A DNA stretch of 64,000 bases from Vulcanimicrobiota bacterium (GTDB lineage Bacteria > Vulcanimicrobiota > Xenobia > Xenobiales > JADMJV01). The first letter of the stretch is position 1. The number at the start of each line of letters is the position of its first letter. The notes below the pieces were generated by a model. The model searched no databases and was not told the origin of the DNA. It saw only the letters and a program-made list of their open reading frames with translations. Both the position numbers and the translations under genes were made by a program. Of the stretch, positions 36,848 through 48,000 are shown piece after piece. Where the stretch lies: contig JBFWNU010000003.1 of assembly GCA_050250895.1 (NCBI GenBank), positions 682,109 through 746,108 on the forward strand. Direction: 5' to 3'.

Positions 36848-39800
36848 CTATCGTCCCAGGTAGGCGTCGAGGTCGCCGGTGGAGTACTGGTCATCCGACC
36901 AGAACTTCATCGACCAGCCGGCCGTATCCAGATTCGAGCGCAGCGAGGCGCTGTCGAGCAGGTGCTGGGCGGCGGCCCGCAATTCGGGCGGCGCGCCCGG
37001 GTTCTCGCGCAGCAGGGTGCGGGCGTCGTCGAGGCTGAAGACGCCGTTATTGTCGCCCTGCGACTGGGCCGTATCCAGAATCGGCATATAGTGGCTCAAC
37101 ACCTGAGCCGCTCGCCGGTCGTTCATGGGCCCATCGGTGAAGCCGGGGCTGGTCTCGAAGCGATCGATGTAGTTGTTGAGCCCTTCCAGGTTGATCCGGT
37201 TGCTGCCGGCGCCGGTGGCGTCCATCGAGCGCCAAACCGCGTCGTTCTGCAAGAGATAGTCGATGGTCCCGCGCAGTTCGGGCGAGGTGTCGGGGTTGTT
37301 GCGCATCGCCTCGAGGTCGTTGCGACCGACGATACCGTCCTCGGTGCCCACACCGGCCGCCGTGTCCAGATAATCCATATTGTCGCGCAGCACGCGGGCC
37401 GCCTCGACCGGAGTGATGGCCGCCGTCGAAGGCGGATCCTGGCCCTGGCGCAGGCCGTTATCTTCGTCCCAGCGGGCGAAACTGCCGTCATCGCGATAGA
37501 CGGTGAACTGTTCGACCCGGTCGATGCTCATCTGCGAGTCGCCTTCGGTCCAGCCCTGGCTCTGATAGAGCACCCGGCCGTCGTTGTCTACGATGCGGGT
37601 GCGGTTGCCGTCTTCGCGCACCACCAGGCGGTCGTTGCCGCCGCGGCCGCCGTCAATGGTATAGCGGTCGGCGTCGCGCGAGAGTTGGACCGAGACCGTG
37701 TCGTCCCCTGAACCCGCGTCGACTCGGATGGTGTCGCGGTCGGTCTGGGTGCCGGCGGTCCCGGTCGAGATGCGCACCGCATTGTCGCCCGAGTTGCCGT
37801 CGTAGTGATAGTCATCGTTGCCCTGGCCCAGAGCCACGCGGGCATCGGCATCGGGAGCGCCAATGCCCAGACCCAGAAATCCGTTGGTGACCTCTTGGCC
37901 GACCTGGTCGGGGCCATCGCCTGTAACAGTCGTTTGAGAGGCGTAGCCAAAGGTGGTTCCCGCCTCTTGATTGACCGTGTCGGCTGCGGCCGAGCCGGTA
38001 TAGTTCTGATCGACCGAGTCGACCCAGCCGGCCTGGCCGTCTTGATTGACGGTGACGGCTACTTCAGGAGCCGCCTCGATGTGGGCGTCTTGAATGACCT
38101 GCTCGCCGCCGTCGGCGTTCTGAGTCAAAGTCACGCTGGCCGTGCCGCCGGGTTCGACCGCTTCGGGAGCCACGGTCAGGTCGGCGCGCTCGACGACCAC
38201 GTCGCCCTCGGCGTTTTGCTCGGCCGTCACCTCGACCGCGCCGCCCTCGGCCACGGTGCCGGTGGTGACGGTGGCCGTCAGGTCGGCGGTGGCCACGCCA
38301 TCAGCTTCCACGTTCTCGACGAACTGAGGGGCAACCTCGGCGCCGGCGGCCACATCGCCGGTAGCCACGGTCTCGGTCTCGACCACCGTGGCGTTGGCCT
38401 CATCGCTCTCGACACTGGTCACGACTTCAGGAGCGACCACCGCTTCGGGAGCCAGATCGCCGGTCACCGTTTCGGCCTGGACCACCGCAACGGCCTCGCC
38501 TTCATCGGCCTCGACGGTCGTCTCGACCCGGGGAGCCACCTCGGCGGCCGGACCGACATCGCCGGTCTCGGTGGTGGTGACCACCTCAGCCGTGGCCGCA
38601 CCCTCGTCGGTTTCGACGGCGGTGATGACCTCGGGTTTGACCTCGGCGGCCTGGGCCAGGTCGCCGGTGACGGTGGTGGTCTCGACCGCGGCGGTAGCCG
38701 GACCCTCGTCGGCTTCGACCGTGGTCTCGACCCGAGGGGCTACCTCGGCGGCCGGGGCCAGGTCGGCCGTCTCGGTGGCTGTGACCACGTTGGCGGTGGC
38801 TGCTCCCTCGTCGGCTTCGACGGCCGTGATGACCTCGGGCTTGACCACGGCGGCCTCGGCCACCTCGGCCGTGACCGTGCGGGTCTCGACGGCTGCAGTG
38901 GCGTTGCCCTCGTCGGCTTCCACGGTGGTTTCGACGCGAGGAGCGACTTCGGCGGCCGGACCCACCTCGGCCGTTTCCGTGGTGGTAACCACCTGGGCCA
39001 GGGCGTCGCCCTCATCGGCCTCGACGGCCGTGATGACTTCGGGTTTGACCTGGGCGGCCTCGGCCACCTCGGCCGTGACCGTGCGGGTCTCGACGGCCGC
39101 AGTGGCGTTGCCCTCATCGGCTTCAACCGTGGTTTCGACGCGCGGAGCGACTTCGGCAGCGGGACCCACTGCAGCCGTTTCGGTGGCGGTGACCACCTGG
39201 GCCAGGGCGTCGCCCTCGTCGGCTTCGACGGCCGTGATGACTTCGGGTTTGACCTCGGCCGCCTCGGCCAGGGCTCCCGTAACCGTGGTTGTCTCTACGG
39301 CCGCGACGGCGTCGCCCTCGTCAGCTTCGACAGCCGTAATCACTTCAGGCTTGACCTCGGCTGCCGGAGCCAGGTCGCCCGTGGTAGTAATCGTCTCTAC
39401 AGCGGCCGTGGCTTTGCCCTCGTCCGCCTCGACAGTGGTCTCGACGCGCGGGGCGACTTCGGCCTCGGGACCCAACTCGCCGGTCTGGGTGGCCGTGATC
39501 ACGGCCGCGGTAGCGTCACCCTCGTCGGCCTCGACGGCCGTGATGACTTCAGGCTTGACCTCGGCGGCCTCGGCCAGGTCACCGGTGGTGGTGACGGTCT
39601 CGACCACGGCAGTGGCCGCCCCCTCGTCGGCCTCGACTTCGGTCTCGACCTGGGGGGCAACCTCGGCGCGCGGGCCCACGTCGCCGGTCTCGGTGACGGT
39701 GACCACGGCGGCGGTGGCCGGCTGTTCGTCGGCCGTAACCTCGGTTTCGACCTGAGGAGCGACGACGGCTTCTTCGGCCAGGTCGCCGGTGCCGGTGTAA

Positions 39801-40564
39801 GTCTCGACCGCGGCGGTGGCCGCTCCGTCGTCGGATTCGACCACCGTCTCGACCTGCGGGGCCACTTCAGCCTGGGGAGCCAGATCGCCGGTCTGGACCC
39901 GGGTGACGGTGTGGGCGGCGGCATCGTTTTCAGATTCTACGTGGTGCTCCACCTCGGGCTTGAGGGTCGCGCCCTGGCCCAGGTCGCCGGCTTCCACCGT
40001 CGTGAGCAAGCGGTCACCGACCGCCTCTTGCTGCTCGACGTGGCGTTCGTGGCGGGGAGCCTCGTGACGATGAGGCTCGAGATCCGGCAGCTGGTGGTGA
40101 TTGCGGGTCTCGGGCATGGCGTGGAACTGGCGCCAGGGGTCAAAGTCGTTGGCGTGGCAGCCGCACCCATAGTCGGGGAAGGCCGGCGGATAGTAGGGCG
40201 ACGGCCCGTATCCGGGCGGAAAGCCCATCCAGGGAGCCATCATCTGGTTGCCCGGGCCGAACTGTCCCATGTTTTGGCAGCAGCAGTGTTGCTCGGCCCC
40301 GCCGAAGCCGCCTCCGCCGAAGAGACCGCCCAGCAAGGCGCCGATCATTCCGCCCAGCAGCGCGCCCAGCCCGGGGATGGGAATGAGCATCTGGCCCAGC
40401 ACGGCTCCGATCAATCCACCAATACCCGCCCACATGCCGGCCCGACCCACGGGTGCCCCCAATCCCTGCTGGCAGCAATCGACCTGAGGGCCGCAGCCGC
40501 AGTTGTTGTTGGCGTAGGGAAGGGTGGGGGAGGCGTAGACGTTGTATCCGGGATTGACGACCAT
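36848..40564 (-). CDS. Large repetitive protein: Cys/Gly-rich N-terminus with glycine zipper, about 17 x 34-aa repeats, RTX-like segment, C-terminal EF-hand-like repeats
   Basis: Start set to ATG 40564; GSGDD and GGRGGND; repeated LDTA...DG motifs. Confidence 0.85.
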   Translation of the reverse strand: MVVNPGYNVYASPTLPYANNNCGCGPQVDCCQQGLGAPVGRAGMWAGIGGLIGAVLGQMLIPIPGLGALLGGMIGALLGGLFGGGGFGGAEQHCCCQNMGQFGPGNQMMAPWMGFPPGYGPSPYYPPAFPDYGCGCHANDFDPWRQFHAMPETRNHHQLPDLEPHRHEAPRHERHVEQQEAVGDRLLTTVEAGDLGQGATLKPEVEHHVESENDAAAHTVTRVQTGDLAPQAEVAPQVETVVESDDGAATAAVETYTGTGDLAEEAVVAPQVETEVTADEQPATAAVVTVTETGDVGPRAEVAPQVETEVEADEGAATAVVETVTTTGDLAEAAEVKPEVITAVEADEGDATAAVITATQTGELGPEAEVAPRVETTVEADEGKATAAVETITTTGDLAPAAEVKPEVITAVEADEGDAVAAVETTTVTGALAEAAEVKPEVITAVEADEGDALAQVVTATETAAVGPAAEVAPRVETTVEADEGNATAAVETRTVTAEVAEAAQVKPEVITAVEADEGDALAQVVTTTETAEVGPAAEVAPRVETTVEADEGNATAAVETRTVTAEVAEAAVVKPEVITAVEADEGAATANVVTATETADLAPAAEVAPRVETTVEADEGPATAAVETTTVTGDLAQAAEVKPEVITAVETDEGAATAEVVTTTETGDVGPAAEVAPRVETTVEADEGEAVAVVQAETVTGDLAPEAVVAPEVVTSVESDEANATVVETETVATGDVAAGAEVAPQFVENVEADGVATADLTATVTTGTVAEGGAVEVTAEQNAEGDVVVERADLTVAPEAVEPGGTASVTLTQNADGGEQVIQDAHIEAAPEVAVTVNQDGQAGWVDSVDQNYTGSAAADTVNQEAGTTFGYASQTTVTGDGPDQVGQEVTNGFLGLGIGAPDADARVALGQGNDDYHYDGNSGDNAVRISTGTAGTQTDRDTIRVDAGSGDDTVSVQLSRDADRYTIDGGRGGNDRLVVREDGNRTRIVDNDGRVLYQSQGWTEGDSQMSIDRVEQFTVYRDDGSFARWDEDNGLRQGQDPPSTAAITPVEAARVLRDNMDYLDTAAGVGTEDGIVGRNDLEAMRNNPDTSPELRGTIDYLLQNDAVWRSMDATGAGSNRINLEGLNNYIDRFETSPGFTDGPMNDRRAAQVLSHYMPILDTAQSQGDNNGVFSLDDARTLLRENPGAPPELRAAAQHLLDSASLRSNLDTAGWSMKFWSDDQYSTGDLDAYLGR
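38260..39990 (-). repeat. 102-bp (34-aa) tandem repeat, about 17 copies, with 204-bp higher-order alternation
   Basis: GDLAxAAEVKPEVITAVEADEG... alternating with ...EVAPRVETTVEADEG... Confidence 0.92.
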
Positions 40565-40685
40565 ATTCCTATGTTCGCGTAGGGCGGGGGTAAAGTCTAC
40601 CCTGAGCGAACAATTGTCACAAATTGTTAATATTTGTCTACTGAAAATGGGAGTAGCGGACGCGTCTGGGCCCGAAAGGCCTGGC

Positions 40686-40955
40686 ATGTCGCTGACTTTT
40701 CGCCAATTCCAGACCTTCATCCGCGACCGCTATCACGAGCGCGATTCGGCGCGGGGCACGGCTTCGAACTTCATGTGGCTGATCGAGGAGGTGGGCGAGT
40801 TAGCGACCGCCTTACAAAAACCTGACCTGGATCCGTCCGAGGAGTTCGCCGACGTGCTGGGCTGGCTGGCCACGCTGGCCAACATGCACGGGGTCGATCT
40901 AGAAGAGGCCCTGCGCAAGAAATACCTTGACGACGGCGGGGCCCTGCACAAATAG
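40686..40955 (+). CDS. MazG-like nucleotide pyrophosphohydrolase
   Basis: WLIEEVGELA...EEFADVLGWLATLAN...VDLEEAL. Confidence 0.9.
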   Translation: MSLTFRQFQTFIRDRYHERDSARGTASNFMWLIEEVGELATALQKPDLDPSEEFADVLGWLATLANMHGVDLEEALRKKYLDDGGALHK

Positions 40956-40994
40956 GGGAGGAACGAAGTCCTGCCCGGAGAACGGCCAAAGCCT

Positions 40995-41267
40995 ATGCTG
41001 GTCGCCTTTTCATGTCCGGTTTGTGAAGAAGGCCAGGTGGGTTTTCGAATCCACGGCGAGTCCCTCTTTCTACTCTGTGCCGAATGTGGTTATGTCTTTC
41101 CGCATCCAGCCAAAGCCGAGATCTCCGATGCTCTCGACCCTCTGCTGCCGTCCTTCCGCCGCCGCTATCCAGACCTCGAATTGCGAGCTTCGCGCTGGGC
41201 TACCAAAGAAGAGGTCGATGAGAAGGGCTGGTCGGTCTATCTGCTCAAGCCCAACGACCTGCAGTAG
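40995..41267 (+). CDS. Small zinc-ribbon protein
   Basis: CPVC...CAEC. Confidence 0.7.
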   Translation: MLVAFSCPVCEEGQVGFRIHGESLFLLCAECGYVFPHPAKAEISDALDPLLPSFRRRYPDLELRASRWATKEEVDEKGWSVYLLKPNDLQ

Positions 41268-41331
41268 GTTGGGCTGGCTGCCGAATCGAGGCTACCCCGC
41301 CGAGCCGCCTTGCCCCCAGGTCAAGCCCGGC

Positions 41332-41830
41332 CAGAGCGACCCGCCAAGCTCGGCCTCGAGGCGAACGCTTGCTCGCGTCACCCGGCGGATGTGCGCCGCA
41401 CAGTTTGGTTTCGCCAGTGTGCGGCGCCAGTGTGCGCCGTACAGTCCGGTCAGCCAGGTGTGCGGCGCACACTCTAGCCACGGACGCCGCCTCCCACGCT
41501 GCCGAATCGCGGCTCACCCCGCCGGCCCCGGCCACCCCGCCCGACCCGGCCAACCGCCGGGGCCGACCCGGGCAGAGCGAACCGCCAGGCTCGGCCTCGA
41601 GGCGAACGCTTGCTCGCGTCACCCGGCGGATGTGCGCCGCACAGTGTGGTTTCGCCAGTGTGCGGCGCAAGTGTGCGCCGTACAGTCCGGTCAGCCAGGT
41701 GTGCGGCGCACACTCTAGCCACGGACGCCGCCTCCCGCCTGCCGAATCGCGGCCACCCCGCCGGCCCCGGCCAACCGCCGGGCCCGACCCGGGCAACCGC
41801 CAGGCCCGACCCGGCCAGAGCAACCCGCCG
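41332..41830. repeat. Intergenic ~241-bp duplicated element, each copy with two inverted-repeat units
   Basis: cagagcga... at 41332 and 41573; GTGCGCCG(C/T)ACA-N15-TGTGCGGCGC x4. Confidence 0.9.
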
Positions 41831-42073
41831 AGCCGCCCGCCTCCCGCCTGCCGAAGCGGCAACCCGCCGGCCCCGGGCCAACCGCGAGGCCAGGCCAACC
41901 ACGCCCAGCCGCCCCGCCAAGACCACCAGGCCAGGTCCAACCACGCCTCGCTAAACCCACCACCCCAACTCTGACCCGCGCGCCGCTTTTCGGAGCGGAT
42001 TTTGCTGGGCGAAAGGAACCCCTGTGTCCCGACACAAAGTCTTCGTTGTTGGTGTTGAAGGGCGGTAAGGCGA

Positions 42074-45000
42074 GTGCCACTGAGGTTCTTTGGACGGAAT
42101 AAATGGCAGAAGGAACTGGCGGCTGGCGTAGAGGCTCTGGAGAAGGGCGATTTTCCGGCGGCAGAAGCGCAGTTGATAGGGGCCATGGAGCGGGCCGAGC
42201 AGATGGGGCCCGACAACTTGGCCGTTGCCGACACCGCCTTTGCGCTAGCCCGACTCTACACGGCCCAGAAACGCCTCACCGAGGCTCGCGTCAATGACCA
42301 GCGCGCCTTCACCCACCGGCTCGAAGAGATGGGGGCCCAAGACCCCAAGACGGTGCTCAGCTATCTGGCTTTGATGGAGTATCCTCAGCCCCCCGAGTAT
42401 CAAGAGGAGGGGCTGTTGAGGGCCACGCTGGCGCTGGCCCAGGAGCGTCACGGCGAGAAAGATTGGCGGTGCGCCCGCATCCTGTCTTTGATTCTGGGCA
42501 AGTTGCCCCCCGCCTCGCTCGAGATCAATGGTCTGGCCAGTCAGGCTGAGGCGATCTGCCGTCATATGTTCGGAGAGGCGCGGGCCGAACTGGTCAAGGC
42601 TCCCGATGTCGGGGGAGCGCTGGGTGATGTCCTCAAGGAGCTTGGACATATTCCGGCTGCCGCCGTGTTTTACAGCTTTTCAGCTCGATACCAGGAAGAG
42701 ATCAGCGGGGCCAAGAGCGAGGGCGCCGCGGTGGCCCTGTTCAAGCTGGGTGCCAGTCTCGAAAAGTCGGGCCAATCCGATCAAGCCCTGGCTCCGCTGC
42801 GGCGCTCGCTCGAAATTCAAGCTCTGAAGTTCCCTTCCGACCACGAAATGACCCGCGCCACCGTCAATTTGATGGCGCTCAGCTTGAGTTCGCTCGGGCA
42901 TACCGAAGAGGCCGGAGAATACTTTGCCCGGGCGCTGGAATGGATCGACCCGGCCCACCATGAAGCTCGGGCGCGCTGCTTGCTGGGTTTGCTTCAAGCG
43001 GCCTGCCTCGATCCCAAAAAATCCCGCGACCGACTCCTGTTGACCGACCAGATCGTCAACTTGGCACCGTCGTTGACAGGACCCGCCCTGGAGTATCTGG
43101 CTCAGGGGTTCCGGCAGTCCGCTACCCTGCTGAGCCGATTCTGGCTCGACGCCGAAGCTCGCGGTCTGCTCGAGAAAGCCCTGGAGTGGAGCCAACGAGC
43201 CCGAGGAACCCACGATCCCGAGGTGGCTCGGGTTCATTTCGAGTTAGCCCGGCTGGCCCACCATCGGGGCTCGAGCCAGAAGGCTGAAGAATTGGCTTCG
43301 AAAGCCATGATGGTTGACGATTCGGCTCCCCTCCAGATCGAAGAGGGGCTTTTCCTGGCCCAACGAGGCCGCTGGGAAGACGCTACCAAGGCCACCCAGA
43401 TCGCTATCAAGCTGCTGCGGGCTGAAGAGGCAAATCCCCATACCGGCGAGCTGTATATGCGTCTGGCCGAGGCCCAGTTGGCCTCGGTTCAGCTCGATGC
43501 CGCCGGGCGCGCGTTGCGCAAGGCTTACGAACTCTTGCCCGAGCGAAGGCGCAACCTGGCCGAACTCTGCATGGGTCAGCTGGGCTGCATGCGAGGCAGC
43601 TTGGTCGAGGGCGCCAAGATGATGTCCTCGGTACTGTCTCGTTTGCAGCAACTCGGAGACTTCCCCTACCAGGTGACCCTGGGCGAGCGCGACCTGGCGG
43701 CCGCATATTACCTGGGCGGACGCATCGATCTGGCCGAGACCCATATCGAGCGAGCCATCGAATCGCTGCCTCCCGACCACCCGGCCCAAGCCGAATTGGG
43801 CTCGCTGTCGGCGCGGATCGCGGCCGACCAGGGACGTGCCTACGAGGCTAGAAACAAGCTGAAGCTGGCCATGCAACTGCTCGACGCCGTGACCCAACGC
43901 GGCGAGGCCAGGCGCGTCGAGGCTCTGGTCTGGGCCGCCCACCTTCACTGCGACCTCGGGTTAGACGCCGAGGTCGGACGCCAGTTGTGCCTCGAGGGCC
44001 TCGAGACCACCGGCTTTCCGTCGGCCCGCATGACCATCTTCCCCTTTCCGGATGCCTCTCTACCGTTCTTGGCCGGGCTGGTAGCTCTACATGAGCGTCA
44101 GGATGAAGCCAAGCAGGCCAAGATCCGGGCTCAGGTTTTGCTCAGTCGAGCCCAGGCGGTGTTCGAGCCTGGAGACCCCCGCCTGAGGTTGTGCAAGCTG
44201 TGGGCCGGGCCAGGGCTCGAACCTCAAGAATCCGCCTTTGTGCTGCAGGCTTTGCGCGAAGAGTTGGCCCGGCAGGGCGACCAGCCTCGAATCTGGGAGC
44301 AGCGCGCTCTCCGCGGGTGCGCCGTGGCCAATTTGCGGCTGGGGCGGGTCGATGACGCTCTTAGCCTGGCCCGGCGCGGACTTGAACTGGGCAAAGACGA
44401 TCGTCTGACCGACCTGATTCGGGGTCTCGAGGATCCCTCATCCAGCCCGGCCCCCGACGACGAGATTGCCACCCCAGAACCCGAGCCGGTCGCCGCCGAG
44501 GCGGTGGCCGAACCCGAGCCGGTCGAGCTTGAGTTGGTGAGAGAGCGGGCGGTCGAGGTCGAGCCCGACCGGGGGCCGGAGGTGGTCACCGAGTCCGAAA
44601 CGCTCGAATTCGAGACTCTTCCGAGGCCCGAAGAATTCGTCGAGCCTGAAGTGGCCGAAGAGCCCGAGTCGGCGGAGCCCGAGGTGGCCAAAGAGCCCGA
44701 GCCGGCCAAGCTCGAGGTGGTTACCGAGTCCGAAACGCTCGAATTCGAGGCCCTTCCGATACCCGAAGAATTCGTCGAGCCTGAAGTGGCCGAAGAGCCC
44801 GAGCCGGCCGAGCCCGAAGTGGCCGAAGAGCCCGAGCCGGTCGAGGCCGAAGTGGCCGAAGAGCCCGAGCCAGTCGAGGCCGAGGTGGCCGAAGAGCCCG
44901 AGCCGGTCGAGGCCGAAGTGGCCTACGAGAGTACCGAGGAAGTGGCGGCCGAAGAGCCCGAGCCGGTCGAGGTCGAAGTGGCCGAAGAGCCCGAGCCGGT

Positions 45001-48000
45001 CGAGGCCGAAGTGGCCGAAGAGCCCGAGCCGGCCGAGCCTGAAGTGGCCGAAGAGGCCGAGCCGGTCGAGCCTGAAGTGACCGAAGAGGCCGAGCCGGTC
45101 GAGGCCGAGGTGGCCGAAGAGGCCGAGCCTGCACCTCCCGCTCAGCCCGACCCGTTCCAGTTGGAGAGCGTGGTCGAGGCGCTCGAAGAAGATCCCCCCG
45201 AGGCCGAGGCGGTTGCCGCCGCTGTCAATGACTGTGTCGACCGTTATGGCCACGCAAGTCACGAAACGGTGAAGGTGCTGGCCCACTTCGCCAGCTTGTA
45301 CCCACCCGAATCCGACGAGGCCGTGGGCTACGATAGTCAAGCCATGGAGCTGTTCGGCGAGTGGATCGACGAGAATCCCAAAAGTGATCTGCCCGATCTT
45401 GCCTCCGAGCTGGCCGGTAAGAGCCAGCAACGCGGCCGCCTCGAGTCCGCCCTGGGTTGGTATGCCCGGGCCATGCAGTGGGCCCACGCCAAGTTTGGGC
45501 CGGGCTCGTCAGAGTCAGCCGAAGTTCTGCTCCGCCTGGGCGAGATCTACGAGCAAGCCGAGCAGCTCGAAGACGCCGAGGGTGTCTATCGCGAGGCCCT
45601 GGTTCTGCTCGAGTCGTGGTATGGTCTGCGCAGTTCTCGCCTGTTGCCGACGCTGGCCAGCCTGGCGCGCGTCTCGCTCACCCGCGGTGAATTCGAAGCT
45701 GCCACCGAGTTTCTCGAGCGCCAAAGCAAGCTCCTGGAGGGTCCGGTGCAGACGGTCGAGCGGGCCCAGGTGCTCTGTGACCTGATGACCACGGCGCACC
45801 GGTGCGGCGAGTTCGAGCGCTCTGACCAGGCGCGCCAGGGCCTGCTCAAGAGCCTCGAAGGCCTGCCGGTCGAAAAGCGGGTGCCGTTCGCCGAGCAGCT
45901 GATCGAGCACGGCCGCTATCTGCAGGAAGAGTTTTGGGACCCGCGCGCCTCCGAAGAGATTCTTTCGACCACCAGTCGCCTGCTCGAGTCGGCTTCGCCC
46001 GAACCAGTCCGTCAGCTGGCTCTCATCGAGGCCGAGTTGGCGGTCGACTATCACTTCAAAGGGCTCGAGGCCAAAGCTCAAGATTCGGTCGCGCGGGCCC
46101 GCAGCCTGACTCACGATCTAGAGCCGGCCGAGCAGTTGGCGGTCCTGGTTCGGCTGAGCGAGGTGGCGGCCCAGATGGGAGCCGCCGAACTGGCCCGCGA
46201 GCTTGCCGATCGTTGTCTCGAACTGGAAGTCACCGGGAGTGGAAAGCGAAGCGCGGCTGCCAGTAAGGCGCTGCTGCGCGTGGCGAATCTCGACCTCGAT
46301 GCCTATCGACTCGAGGCCGCCGAGACCGCCGTGGCAATGGCCCGGTCCGGTCTGGCTGCCGAGGACCAGCCGCAGGCCAGCTATCTCGAGGCCCAGGCGC
46401 TGACGCTATTGGGTCGGTTTGATGAGGCCGAGCGCATCTTTCTCGAGCTATGCGAGGCCGGTCCACTGGCCTTGCAGGCCCGCCGCTGTCTGGCCGAGCT
46501 TTGTCTAATCCAGGACCAGTTCGAACGGGCTCTGGAACAACTCGAGTTCACCGTCGATGACGCCGTCGAGCATCCCCAGGACGCCCTCGACCTCGAGGTC
46601 AAAGGTCGCATTTTGCTCGAACGTGGACTTTTGCTCGAGGCGGGTCCTTACGTCGAGAAAGCCATGCAGATCGTGGACGGGCTGGTTCAACGAGACGACC
46701 CGCGGCGAGCCAGGTTCTTGTCGCTGATGAGTCGATTGCAGTGGATGCGAGGGGAATATCACGAGGCCGCCGAGTTGGCGGTCGAGGCCCAAGACCTGAA
46801 GGCTCCCCCGACGATCAGCCTGCACACCGGGCTGGTGGGCCTGCAGTTGGCCGAGGCTCTAGTGCTGTCTCAGCTGGCCCTGGGCCAGGTGAAGGCTGCC
46901 GAGCGCACGGCCGAGTCAGCGCATTTGCAGGCCAGCGAGTATTTCGGAGAGGACGATATCAATACCCACCGCGTCCTTGACCTGCTGGCCCGGGTGGCTC
47001 TGGCCAAAGGGGACACCGATCAGGCCGAGTCGCACTGGACCGAGGCCATCGACATGGCGCGGCCCAAACTGGGCGACGAGCATTCTTTCATGGCTCGCTG
47101 TTTGCTGGGCTTGGCCCGCCTCAGCCTGGAACGTAAAGAGTGGGGCACGGCCCGGACCTATGCCGGCGAGGCCCGTCGACTCGAAGAGCAAGCCCGAGGC
47201 GAGTCTTTCCAGTTGATCGAGGCCAGCCTGGTGCTGGCCAGGGCCGAGGAGCACTTTGACCTGGGTGAAGCCGAGTATCTGACCGATGCTGCCCTTGACC
47301 AGTGCGGAGACTTGCTGGGCGCCGATCATCCCCTCAACGAGGCCATCGCTGAACGACTCGAACACATCAACAATCTACTCGAGCATTCGATCTCCGACGA
47401 GGAGGCGCCCATGCCCAGGGCTGAGCTGGCTGCGCCTGAGGATGAGGAAGAGCCCCAGGTGGCCGAAGAGCCGGCGGCTGAGGAAGAACCCGAGGTGGCC
47501 GAAGAGCCGGTAGCCGAGGAAGAGCCCCAGGTGGCCGAAGAGCCGGCGGCTGAGGAAGAACCCGAGGTGGCCGAAGAGCCGGCGGCTGAGGAAGAACCCG
47601 AGGTGGCCGAAGAGCCGGTAAACGAGGAAGAGCCCCAGGTGGCCGAAGAGCCGGCGGCTGAGGAAGAACCCGAGGTGGCCGAAGAGCCGGTAGCCGAGGA
47701 AGAACCCGAGGTGGCCGAAGAGCCGGTAGCCGAGGAAGAACCCGAGGTGGCCGAAGAGCCGGTAGCCGAGGAAGAACCCAAGGTGGCCGAAGAGCCGGCG
47801 GCTGAGGAAGAACCCGAGGTGGCCGAAGAGCCGGCGGCTGAGGAAGAGCCCGAAGTGGCTGAAGAGCCGGCGGCCGAGGAAGAACCCGAGGTGGCCGAAG
47901 AGCCGGTAAACGAGGCAGAACCCAAGGTGGCCGAAGAGCCGGCGGCTGAGGAAGAACCCGAGGTGGCCGAAGAGCCGGCGGCTGAGGAAGAGCCCGAAGT

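Noticed and set aside
37805-40582. 925-aa plus-strand ORF
   Set aside because: Antisense shadow of the repeat-protein gene, expected from GC-rich codon bias
41245-42234. Overlapping ORFs across the 41.3-42.0 kb repeat
   Set aside because: Several frames are open only because the tract is stop-poor; no protein-like motifs
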